A stretch of DNA of 64,000 bases. It comes from an uncultured bacterium (GTDB lineage Bacteria > Fidelibacterota > Marinisomatia > Marinisomatales > UBA1611). A program made the translations under genes and the position numbers. The DNA is taken from positions 1-64,000 of the forward strand of contig CBFIBM010000002.1 of the NCBI GenBank assembly GCA_965660855.1, in the 5' to 3' direction. Of this stretch, positions 9,799 through 18,617 are shown in pieces (the first letter of the stretch is position 1; every line of letters starts with the position of its first letter). Under the pieces are notes generated by a model. It searched no databases, was not told the DNA's origin, and was given only the letters and a program-made list of their open reading frames with translations.

Positions 9799-10420
9799 TT
9801 TTATTCTTTCAATTGAAACATCATCTAATGTTTGTGGGATGGCAATTATATGTGGGCAGGAAATTATTGCTTATGAAGAAAAACTAAATTTTAGAAAACA
9901 TATAGAGAAATTGCCTGATATTTATAAAAAATTACTAAAAAAAAGTCAGATTTCACTAAAAAATGTCTCCGCTGTGGCTGTTAGTATTGGTCCAGGATCT
10001 TTTACCGGATTAAGAATAGGACTCGGATTTGCAAAAGGTTTATCCTATTCGCATAGCCTACCTATAATTCCTGTTCCAACATTTTTGAGTTTGGCTTATT
10101 CGTTAAAATCTTCAAAACCAATTAGTGGAATTATACATTCTCATGGGGAGAAAGTCTTTTATCAAGAATTTTCTTGGAAAAATAATATCCCAAATATGGT
10201 CTTAGAGAATAGTATTTATAACATAAACGACTTGAACAATAAAAAAATTGATTTTCAATCAAACTGCCAATCTTTATTAAAATCAAAGACACAAATTGCT
10301 GAGGCTAAGTTATCCTCTGTTAATGTAGGACTTTTAGCAAATACTCATTACGGAGAATGGATAGTGAAAAAGCCATATAGATTGGTACCTGATTATATAG
10401 CAAATTTTAATACTAATTAA
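9788..10420 (+). CDS. tsaB: tRNA threonylcarbamoyladenosine biosynthesis protein TsaB
   Basis: ILSIETSS and VAVSIGPGSFTGLRIG. Confidence 0.93.
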   Translation: MSSNFILSIETSSNVCGMAIICGQEIIAYEEKLNFRKHIEKLPDIYKKLLKKSQISLKNVSAVAVSIGPGSFTGLRIGLGFAKGLSYSHSLPIIPVPTFLSLAYSLKSSKPISGIIHSHGEKVFYQEFSWKNNIPNMVLENSIYNINDLNNKKIDFQSNCQSLLKSKTQIAEAKLSSVNVGLLANTHYGEWIVKKPYRLVPDYIANFNTN

Positions 10421-10421
10421 T

Positions 10422-10868
10422 TTGATCTACGGCTTAAAAATCAGGCAAGCTATTGTTAAGGATATCGAAGATATTAATATGATAGAAAAATCCATATTTA
10501 ATAAAAATCCCTGGACAAAAAAAATGATTAAAAGTGAAGTAGAAAGGTACAATTATAAAAAAACATTATTAATTGAGGGTGATCATCAAATTATAGGCTA
10601 TTTAATGATTCATTTTTTTGAAATTGAATATCATATTATAAACTTTGGCATAAAAAAAGAGTATCAAAACAGAGGAATTGGAAGATATTTTTTGAACTAT
10701 TTTTTAAAAGAACTTCCCACTAATTCATCAGTATTTTTAGAAGTAAAAGAAAGTAATATTAGTGCGATAAGTTTATATAAAAAATTAGGTTTTGTTAAAC
10801 AATATATTAGGAATAGATATTACGAAGACGGAAGTAATGCGATTAATTTATTGTATAGAAAAAAATAG
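10422..10868 (+). CDS. rimI: Ribosomal protein S18 alanine N-acetyltransferase
   Basis: GNAT motif QNRGIG, FLEVKESN..AI.LY..LGF, RNRYY.DG; follows tsaB. Confidence 0.88.
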   Translation: MIYGLKIRQAIVKDIEDINMIEKSIFNKNPWTKKMIKSEVERYNYKKTLLIEGDHQIIGYLMIHFFEIEYHIINFGIKKEYQNRGIGRYFLNYFLKELPTNSSVFLEVKESNISAISLYKKLGFVKQYIRNRYYEDGSNAINLLYRKK

Positions 10869-10871
10869 ATC

Positions 10872-11708
10872 ATGGCATGGTTTAAAAGAAAAGATAAAAA
10901 ACTAAAAAATCCTGTAAAGAAATCAATTCCTGATGGTCTATGGGGAAAATGTCCCTCTTGTCATGAGATTATTTATAAACCAGAATTAGAGAAAAATCTT
11001 TCAGTTTGCCATCATTGCAACCATCATTTTAGAGTTCCTCCAGAAATTTATACTGAGCTGATTCTAGATAAAAATTCAGGTAAAAGAATTTTTGATAATA
11101 TCAAACCTATTGATTTCTTGAAATTTAAAGCTAGTAAGGAATATAAAAATCAAATTTTGGATGCAAAACAAAAAACTAATGAGTTTGATGCTATAAAGGT
11201 TTTTGATGGAGATATAAATGGGAAGAATATAATCCTAGGTATTATGAATTTTCAATTCATTGGCGGAAGTATGGGGTCAGTGGTAGGAGAAGTAGTTTCA
11301 AGAGCAATAGTCCTAGCTGGGAAAAAGGATATACCTTTTATACTAATTTGTGCATCCGGAGGGGCAAGAATGCAGGAAGGTGCTATATCTTTAATGCAAT
11401 TAGCAAAAACCAGTACACAGTTGGCTAAATTTCATAAAGAAGGTGGCTTATTTCTTCCAATTTTAACAGACCCTACAACTGGTGGAGTAACTGCAAGTTT
11501 TGGTATGTTAGGTGATTTGATACTAGCCGAACCAGGTGCCTTAATTGGTTTTGCAGGACCTCGTGTAATTAAGCAAACTATAGGGCAAGATTTACCTAAA
11601 GGGTTCCAAAGATCTGAATTTTTACTTGAAAAAGGTTTTATAGATCACATTATTGATCGAAAAAATATGAAAGATAAGTTATCAACGATAATTAATCTAT
11701 TAAAATGA
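10872..11708 (+). CDS. accD: Acetyl-CoA carboxylase carboxyltransferase beta subunit
   Basis: Zinc finger CPSC...CHHC, GGSMGSVVGE, SGGARMQEG, PTTGGVTAS, GFAGPRVI. Confidence 0.97.
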   Translation: MAWFKRKDKKLKNPVKKSIPDGLWGKCPSCHEIIYKPELEKNLSVCHHCNHHFRVPPEIYTELILDKNSGKRIFDNIKPIDFLKFKASKEYKNQILDAKQKTNEFDAIKVFDGDINGKNIILGIMNFQFIGGSMGSVVGEVVSRAIVLAGKKDIPFILICASGGARMQEGAISLMQLAKTSTQLAKFHKEGGLFLPILTDPTTGGVTASFGMLGDLILAEPGALIGFAGPRVIKQTIGQDLPKGFQRSEFLLEKGFIDHIIDRKNMKDKLSTIINLLK

Positions 11709-12484
11709 AAAAGCGTCCTAAGATTTTAATTACTAATGATGATGGAATATTTTCATCCGGAATAAAAGCACTTTGGGAATCACTCTCTGAGATAGGAGAT
11801 GTTACTGTAGTAGCACCACTTGATGAAAAGAGTGCCGCGAGTCATTCAATCACAATAAATAATTTATTAAGGATAGAACATATTAAGCGTAACCAATTAT
11901 TTGAAGGTTATGCTATTAACGGAACACCTGCAGATTGCGCGAAAATTGCGATTAAACAAATTTTAAAGAACAAACCAGATCTTTTAGTTTCTGGTATAAA
12001 TAAAGGCTCAAATCTTGGAAATAACATAATGTACTCCGGGACAATTGCAGCGGCTGCAGAAGGATCAATTTTAAATGTTCCTTCAATTGCAATTAGTTTG
12101 GATTCTCATAACGCCAAAGATTGGAGAGGAGCAAAAGTAACAGCTAAAGATATCTCAAAATATGTATTGACAAATGGTTTACCAAAAGGAGTTATCTTAA
12201 ATGTAAATGTTCCTTACTGTGAACCAAAAGAAATAAGAGGAATAAAAATTACAAGTCAAGGTAATCAATATTTTGAAGACCAGTTTGAAAAAAGAGTAGA
12301 TACCTCTGGACGAGAATATTTTTGGATAAAAGGAAAAATCATAGATTTAGATACGTCAATTAAATATGATGGTAAGGCTGTTGGTATGAATTATATAAGT
12401 ATTACCCCTATACAATTTAATTTTACTAATCATACATACTTAGATGAATTAAAAACTGATTTAGGTAGATTAAATGCTAAATAA
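11705..12484 (+). CDS. surE: 5'/3'-nucleotidase SurE
   Basis: ILITNDDG, GTPADC, SGINKGSNLG, YSGT. Confidence 0.97.
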   Translation: MKKRPKILITNDDGIFSSGIKALWESLSEIGDVTVVAPLDEKSAASHSITINNLLRIEHIKRNQLFEGYAINGTPADCAKIAIKQILKNKPDLLVSGINKGSNLGNNIMYSGTIAAAAEGSILNVPSIAISLDSHNAKDWRGAKVTAKDISKYVLTNGLPKGVILNVNVPYCEPKEIRGIKITSQGNQYFEDQFEKRVDTSGREYFWIKGKIIDLDTSIKYDGKAVGMNYISITPIQFNFTNHTYLDELKTDLGRLNAK

Positions 12485-14018
12485 AAACGGAGTCATTATT
12501 TTAGATTTTGGCTCGCAATACACACAACTGATTGCTAGGCGTATTAGGGAAAATAATGTATACTCTGAAATTTTGCCGCCCGAAACTAATGCAAGGGAAG
12601 TACTTCACAAAAAGGCGTCTGCAATAATTCTTTCAGGAGGGCCAAATAGTGTTTATGGAAATAATGCACCTAATTTTGATGAAGAGATTCTGGACTTAAG
12701 TATTCCTATTTTGGGAATTTGTTATGGATTACAATTACTGGTCTATAAAGATGGAGGTATAATTAGTTCCTCTGTGGAAGGGGAATATGGTTCTGCCACT
12801 ATTAAAATTAATAAAAATAAGGGACTTTTTTCTGATGTTGATTCAATAACTGAAATATGGATGAGCCACGGGGATAAAATTGAACACATAACAAATGATT
12901 GGGAGATATTGGCAACTTCTTCAAATGGAGTTATAGCTGCTATTGAAAATAAAACTAAAAATTGGGTTGCAACGCAGTTTCATCCAGAGGTTTCTCATTC
13001 TAAGCAAGGCGATAAAATAATTTCAAACTTTTTATTTAAGATTGCAAATTGTAAGCCAAGTTGGACAGCTGGGAATTTTATCCAAGAAAAAGTCTCTAAA
13101 CTCAAGGAAAAGATCGGGGATAAAAAAGTATTAGTTGGTGTTAGTGGAGGGGTCGATTCGACAGTGGTTGCAGCTCTTCTACATAAAGCAATCGGTGAAA
13201 ATTCTATTTCTGTTCTGATCGATCATGGACTTTTAAGAGAAAGTGAAGCTTTAAATTGTATTGAAGCCCTGCAAAAAGGCCTAGGGGTAAATATTAAATC
13301 TTATGATGAATCAGAATCATTCCTTTCAAAACTAAAATCAATTACTGATCCCGAAAAGAAAAGAAAAATTATTGGGAATGAGTTCATATATTCGTTTGAG
13401 CGTATCTCGAAATCTTTTGGCAAAGTAGAATATTTAGCTCAAGGAACTTTATATCCTGATATTGTTGAAAGTGGATTCAGTAAAGGTAAAAAAGCTCATG
13501 TTATAAAAAGTCATCATAATGTAGGTGGGTTACCTGAAAAAATGGATTTTGAATTGATTGAACCACTAAAAGAGTTATTCAAAGATGAGGTTAGAAAAGT
13601 TGGGTTAGAGCTTGGATTACCATCATCTTTAGTTAATAGACATCCTTTCCCGGGACCTGGATTAGGAGTAAGAATTATAGGTGAGATTAATGAAAGTAGA
13701 ATAAAAATTCTTCAAGAAGCAGATAAAATCTACATGGATATACTGATCGAAGACGGATTATATGATGATATATGGCAAGCATTCGCTGTCTTAATTCCAA
13801 TAAAAACTGTTGGAGTGATGGGAGACCAACGAACTTATGAAAATTTATTAGGAATTAGAGCTGTTACTAGCCAAGATGGAATGACAGCAGATTGGTATAG
13901 AATGCCATCGGATACTTTATCGAAAATCTCGAATAGAATTGTAAATAATGTTGAGGGTATTAACAGAGTTGTATATGATATCACATCAAAACCTCCGGGA
14001 ACAATTGAATGGGAGTAA
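12474..14018 (+). CDS. guaA: GMP synthase (glutamine-hydrolysing)
   Basis: LDFGSQYTQLIARR, LGICYG, QFHPEV, SGGVDS, KSHHNVGG, KPPGTIEWE. Confidence 0.98.
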   Translation: MLNKNGVIILDFGSQYTQLIARRIRENNVYSEILPPETNAREVLHKKASAIILSGGPNSVYGNNAPNFDEEILDLSIPILGICYGLQLLVYKDGGIISSSVEGEYGSATIKINKNKGLFSDVDSITEIWMSHGDKIEHITNDWEILATSSNGVIAAIENKTKNWVATQFHPEVSHSKQGDKIISNFLFKIANCKPSWTAGNFIQEKVSKLKEKIGDKKVLVGVSGGVDSTVVAALLHKAIGENSISVLIDHGLLRESEALNCIEALQKGLGVNIKSYDESESFLSKLKSITDPEKKRKIIGNEFIYSFERISKSFGKVEYLAQGTLYPDIVESGFSKGKKAHVIKSHHNVGGLPEKMDFELIEPLKELFKDEVRKVGLELGLPSSLVNRHPFPGPGLGVRIIGEINESRIKILQEADKIYMDILIEDGLYDDIWQAFAVLIPIKTVGVMGDQRTYENLLGIRAVTSQDGMTADWYRMPSDTLSKISNRIVNNVEGINRVVYDITSKPPGTIEWE

Positions 14019-14521
14019 AAAAAACAAATGCTGAAGAATTGCATATTAGAAAAGCGAAAAAAGATGATGCCGATCAAATTGCAAATGTATTAGCAGCTTT
14101 CTATAATATGAAAGATAAAAATGAAAGTTTAAATGCTTTTCATACAGAGTCTGAGAAAGGTTATCACTATATTGTTGCAGAAAAAAATCGTGAGATTATT
14201 GGTTTAGTTACATGGCTTACCCATGGTCTTTTAAAACATGGATTATTTGAGTTAGATAGAATCTGTTTACTAAAGCAATCAAGAGGACTAGGGATAGGTC
14301 AGAAGTTAATACAGGTATTAATTCATGATGCTAATGAATATTACAGCAAAAGAAATGAATCTATTCGAAAATTATATCTACTAACACATGAAGAGAATAA
14401 AAGCGCTCAGTTATTTTATGAAAAAGTCGGTTTTATTCATGAAACGACTTTGATCGATCACTATTATAAAAATAAAAACGAAAAAGTATACAGTATTTTT
14501 TTTAACAAAGGTAAAGCATAA
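14009..14521 (+). CDS. GNAT family N-acetyltransferase
   Basis: Motif A RGLGIG and N..AQLFYEKVGF. Confidence 0.85.
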   Translation: MGVKKTNAEELHIRKAKKDDADQIANVLAAFYNMKDKNESLNAFHTESEKGYHYIVAEKNREIIGLVTWLTHGLLKHGLFELDRICLLKQSRGLGIGQKLIQVLIHDANEYYSKRNESIRKLYLLTHEENKSAQLFYEKVGFIHETTLIDHYYKNKNEKVYSIFFNKGKA

Positions 14522-16362
14522 TGTGTGGAATAACTGGATATATAGGAGGTAAAGAAGCAACTCCAGTTCTATTAAAGGGGCTCAAAAGACTTGAATATCG
14601 AGGGTATGATTCATCGGGTATTGCAGTTCAAAGTTCAAGTAAAATTCAATTTTTTAAAAAGAAAGGAAAAATAAGTGAACTTCAGAAACTAATTTCAAGT
14701 AATCCTGTCTCAGGATCAATAGGCATTGCTCATACTAGGTGGGCTACGCATGGGAGTCCTACAGATTTTAACTCTCATCCACATTTAAATGAAAGTGGTA
14801 CTATTGCAGTAGTTCATAATGGAATAATTGAGAATTATCAACCTATTAAAGAAACTCTCATCAAAAAGGGTGTTCTATTTAAAAGTGAGACAGATACCGA
14901 GGTTTTAGCACATCTTATTTCAACCATATACTATCAAGAAAAACAAATTTCATTAAAAAATGCTGTACAAGCAGCTTTGCAAGAGGTGGTTGGTACTTAT
15001 GGAATTGTTGTCCTTTGTAGTGATGAACCAGATACTTTAATTGCAGCAAAAATGGGAAGTCCGCTTGTTCTTGGAGTTGGCGAAGGTGAATATTTTTTAG
15101 CTAGTGATGCATCACCTATAGTGGGTTATACAAGAAAAGTTATATATATAGATGATGGTGAGATAGTACATCTTACAAAAAGGTCGCATCAAATAACATC
15201 TCTACAATCAAAAAATATTATCAATAAAACTTTAACGGAAATAGATCTTAGTATTGAAGAAATTGAAAAAGGTAGTTTTCCACATTTTATGTTAAAAGAA
15301 ATTCATGACCAAAAATATTCTATTTTAAATACTATGAGAGGGAGGTTAAACTTTAAAGATGGGACGACAAACCTAGGAGGTATTATTGATTTTATACCAA
15401 ACTTAATTTCTTCATCAAGAATTTATATCACAGCTTGTGGAACTTCATGGCATGCAGGATTGATAGGAAAATATTTAATTGAAACATATGCGAAAACTCC
15501 TGTTCATGTTGAATATGCATCTGAATTTCGTTACGGACAATCAATCGTGGATTCGAATACATTATTGATTGCAATTAGTCAATCGGGTGAAACAGCTGAT
15601 ACTCTTGCTGCAATTAAAAAGGCAAAAAAACTAGGAGCACTGACGTTGGGTGTTTGTAATGTGGTCGGAAGTAGCATTGCTAGAGAAACTGATGGTGGAA
15701 TTTATACGCATGCAGGGCCAGAAATTGGAGTTGCCTCAACTAAAGCTTTTACATCTCAAGTTACAGTTCTTATAATGCTTGCGTTAATGTTAGGACGAAA
15801 GCTTGGATTTGCAAAACATCGTGGTCGAAATTTGATTGATGCTTTATCTAAAACTAGTCAACATGCTGAAATAATTTTAAAAAATCAAAAGATTATTAAA
15901 AAGGTAGCAGAAAAAACTCATAATGTTAATCACTTTATCTATCTCGGAAGAGGTATAAATTTTCCTGTTGCTCTTGAGGGTGCATTAAAATTAAAAGAAA
16001 TATCTTACATTCACGCCGAAGGGTATCCTGCAGCTGAAATGAAACACGGACCTATTGCATTAATTGATGAAAATATGCCCGTAGTTTTTATTGCTCCTAA
16101 GGATAAAACATATTTAAAAATAATTTCAAATATCCAAGAAGTAAAAGCTAGAAAAGGAATTATTATAACTATTACAGATTGTATAAATAAAGAAATAAGG
16201 GAATTATCCGACTTTATACTTGAAGTTCCTGTGACTCATCAACATGTTTTTCCAATTACAAGTTCTATAATTTTACAATTGTTGGCATATGAAATAGCTA
16301 TTCTAAAAAACTGTGAAATTGATCAGCCAAGAAATCTAGCTAAATCAGTAACCGTTGAATGA
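14521..16362 (+). CDS. glmS: Glutamine-fructose-6-phosphate aminotransferase
   Basis: MCGITG, HTRWATHG, HNGIIEN, SQSGET, PRNLAKSVTVE. Confidence 0.98.
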   Translation: MCGITGYIGGKEATPVLLKGLKRLEYRGYDSSGIAVQSSSKIQFFKKKGKISELQKLISSNPVSGSIGIAHTRWATHGSPTDFNSHPHLNESGTIAVVHNGIIENYQPIKETLIKKGVLFKSETDTEVLAHLISTIYYQEKQISLKNAVQAALQEVVGTYGIVVLCSDEPDTLIAAKMGSPLVLGVGEGEYFLASDASPIVGYTRKVIYIDDGEIVHLTKRSHQITSLQSKNIINKTLTEIDLSIEEIEKGSFPHFMLKEIHDQKYSILNTMRGRLNFKDGTTNLGGIIDFIPNLISSSRIYITACGTSWHAGLIGKYLIETYAKTPVHVEYASEFRYGQSIVDSNTLLIAISQSGETADTLAAIKKAKKLGALTLGVCNVVGSSIARETDGGIYTHAGPEIGVASTKAFTSQVTVLIMLALMLGRKLGFAKHRGRNLIDALSKTSQHAEIILKNQKIIKKVAEKTHNVNHFIYLGRGINFPVALEGALKLKEISYIHAEGYPAAEMKHGPIALIDENMPVVFIAPKDKTYLKIISNIQEVKARKGIIITITDCINKEIRELSDFILEVPVTHQHVFPITSSIILQLLAYEIAILKNCEIDQPRNLAKSVTVE

Positions 16363-16491
16363 GTTTAAGAGTAAGTAAGAGGTACATAATTTCTTTTCTC
16401 CGTCTACCACCACATTTGGTTATATTGTTAGATTTGTGTGACTTAATGAGTATAAAATGAAAAAATTCCACTCATCATTAACTATATTATT

Positions 16492-16917
16492 TTAAATTTT
16501 TTCTATACTGATATTTTTTCGATCCTTTTTCTTTAAACTTTGGATTCGTTTGTTTTTTAGTCTTTTCTCAATATCTTTTTTCCTTGGTAACATTGGCTTT
16601 CTTTGTTTTTCTACTTGAAATGTTTTTTTTAATATATAAATTAATTTTTTTTCAGCATCTTTACGATTTTGAATTTGAGATTTATATCTGCTTGAGTTAA
16701 TAATTAAATCCCCATTTTTTTTAAGTTTTGAACCAGCTATTTCTTTGATTTTTATTAAAAAGTAATTGGAAATTTTTAGAAAATTAAAAATATTATATCT
16801 AAGCTGTACTTTAGTTGAAACCTTATTCACATGTTGTCCACCAGACCCAGAAGACCTTATGAAAGTTTCTTTAATATCATTTTTATCTAAATATATATTT
16901 TTTGCAATTTTTATCAT
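16492..16917 (-). CDS. arfB: Alternative ribosome-rescue peptidyl-tRNA hydrolase ArfB
   Basis: RSSGSGGQHVNKVSTKV (GGQ motif), SQIQNR, basic C-terminal tail. Confidence 0.92.
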   Translation of the reverse strand: MIKIAKNIYLDKNDIKETFIRSSGSGGQHVNKVSTKVQLRYNIFNFLKISNYFLIKIKEIAGSKLKKNGDLIINSSRYKSQIQNRKDAEKKLIYILKKTFQVEKQRKPMLPRKKDIEKRLKNKRIQSLKKKDRKNISIEKI

Positions 16918-17074
16918 TTTATAAAGAATTAAATATTCAACTAATATTACATTTTAGAATCATGAAAATCTAATATCTTTATGACAATTGATTTTTTTTA
17001 TTTTTTAATATCTAAATAAATTAGAGTATAAATCAATTTAATAAAATATATGTTTATAAAGCTAAGAGGCATGA

Positions 17075-17248
17075 ATGAATAAAGAAGTTTTATCTTTCAG
17101 TCAAAAATTACAACTATTCAAAGACCTGAGAGATTATTTTGAGACTCCAAGAGAAAAATCAGATGTAGATAATATTAAAAGTATTAAAGAAAGATTAGAA
17201 AAATGGGGTAGAGAGCTTAAAATTAGACAAAATTATTATGACCTTTAA
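17075..17248 (+). CDS. Small hypothetical protein, 57 aa (not in ORF track)
   Basis: Read by hand: MNKEVLSFSQKLQLFKDLRDYFETPREKSDVDNIKSIKERLEKWGRELKIRQNYYDL*, with an aagagg Shine-Dalgarno 5 nt upstream. Confidence 0.6.
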   Translation: MNKEVLSFSQKLQLFKDLRDYFETPREKSDVDNIKSIKERLEKWGRELKIRQNYYDL

Positions 17249-17293
17249 TTACTAAAATAAAATTTTAAAATAATATTAATTGGGATATAAAAA

Positions 17294-17923
17294 ATGAAAA
17301 ATAATTATAATGTTATATTCATTAAATCGCGAAATATTTTTGATATGTTATTATTAGCAATACTTCTAATTAGCTGTGAAAATATTGAATATGATTACGA
17401 TTTAATCTTTGATAAAAAAAATAGTTTTAAGATGGAATTAGATCCGAAAACTTTGAATGGGAAAGTATTTAAAGTGTACAATGGTGAAAGATATGAAATT
17501 GGTTTACTTGAGGAGGGCAAAAAGAGTGGAAAATGGATTTTACGTTACCAAAATGGGAATCAAAAAGAACAGATTAATTATTATAATGGTATAAAAAATG
17601 GTTTATCAATTAACTGGTATCCAGATGGTACCAAAAAAATCCAAGGGGAATTTTCTAATGGGAATCCAAGCGGACTATATACGGAATGGTATACTAATGG
17701 AAAAAAAGCTGTTGTTGGAATTTTTAAAAATGGCGTTGAGGATGGTAAATCTACAAGGTGGTATAGAAATGGAAATAAAAAGCAAGAAGGAATATTTTTA
17801 AATGGGGAAAAAGATGGTTTATGGACTTGGTGGTATGATAATGGAATTAAGAAAAAAGAGGGTGAATATAAAAATGGGAAATTTATTTTAAAACAGAAAT
17901 GGCCAAATACCAAATCCAGCTAA
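17294..17923 (+). CDS. MORN_2/YwqK-like repeat lipoprotein
   Basis: Lipobox-like LLISC; five 24-aa repeats of the form G..DG...WY.NG.KK.EG.F.N. An alternative ATG lies at 17345. Confidence 0.8.
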   Translation: MKNNYNVIFIKSRNIFDMLLLAILLISCENIEYDYDLIFDKKNSFKMELDPKTLNGKVFKVYNGERYEIGLLEEGKKSGKWILRYQNGNQKEQINYYNGIKNGLSINWYPDGTKKIQGEFSNGNPSGLYTEWYTNGKKAVVGIFKNGVEDGKSTRWYRNGNKKQEGIFLNGEKDGLWTWWYDNGIKKKEGEYKNGKFILKQKWPNTKSS

Positions 17924-17959
17924 TATTTATGATTAAAGCTTTTACTTAGGAGTTTACAT

Positions 17960-18526
17960 TTGTTAAAAAATATATTAATGTTTTTAAAAGTTTTCATATC
18001 TATTGTATTTACTTCAGCAACTATTATTTTTTCTCAAAAACTATATCATACAGAACTATATAATAATGGAAATATTAAAACTATTACTTACTTTAAAAAG
18101 TATAAACAAAAAATAGAAAAAGTTAGATATGAAGAGTTTTATGAAAGTGGAAATATTTACAGTAAGACTCTTTTTAATAACTCTAAAGTTAATGGGGTAA
18201 TGACTTTTTGGTATGAAACAGGAAAGAAAAAAGAAGAAATGTTTTATCAAAATGGAATTGAAGATGGCATCCACACTTGGTGGTATGAAAATGGTAATAT
18301 TAAATCAAAGGGTTTATATAAAAAGGGGATACCAGATGGATTGTGGGTCTATTGGTATGAAAATGGACAAAAAAGCGGTGAAGGAATGATAAAAAATGGC
18401 AAACAAGATGGACTTGTAACCGAATGGTATAAGAATGGAAATATCTCTGAAGAAAGAATATATAAAAGTGGTAAGTATGTTTCAAAAATTCAATGGGATG
18501 AGAATGGGGAAATGAAAAAATATTAA
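17960..18526 (+). CDS. MORN_2/YwqK-like repeat exported protein
   Basis: Signal peptide ending IFSQ; four clear 24-aa WYENG-type repeats plus degenerate copies. The start may be the ATG at 17978. Confidence 0.8.
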   Translation: MLKNILMFLKVFISIVFTSATIIFSQKLYHTELYNNGNIKTITYFKKYKQKIEKVRYEEFYESGNIYSKTLFNNSKVNGVMTFWYETGKKKEEMFYQNGIEDGIHTWWYENGNIKSKGLYKKGIPDGLWVYWYENGQKSGEGMIKNGKQDGLVTEWYKNGNISEERIYKSGKYVSKIQWDENGEMKKY

Positions 18527-18617
18527 GTCAATCATTAAAAGGTTATAATATTTGAATGGTTCTTTTGTACTTTTTAAAAAATATTTTACCAATTAATTCT
18601 TTGTAAATTAAGTTTGT

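Noticed and set aside
14400..14521. glmS ribozyme upstream of glmS
   Set aside because: The GNAT stop overlaps the glmS ATG, leaving no leader, and I saw no ribozyme core motif.
16363..16491. Possible ncRNA or small ORF between convergent glmS and arfB
   Set aside because: Only short weak stems (atgagt/actcat) and very short ORFs; not enough support.
17294..18526. YwqK antitoxins as a toxin-antitoxin or defence system
   Set aside because: No toxin ORF is adjacent and both proteins carry export signals; the label would reflect generic MORN_2 similarity.
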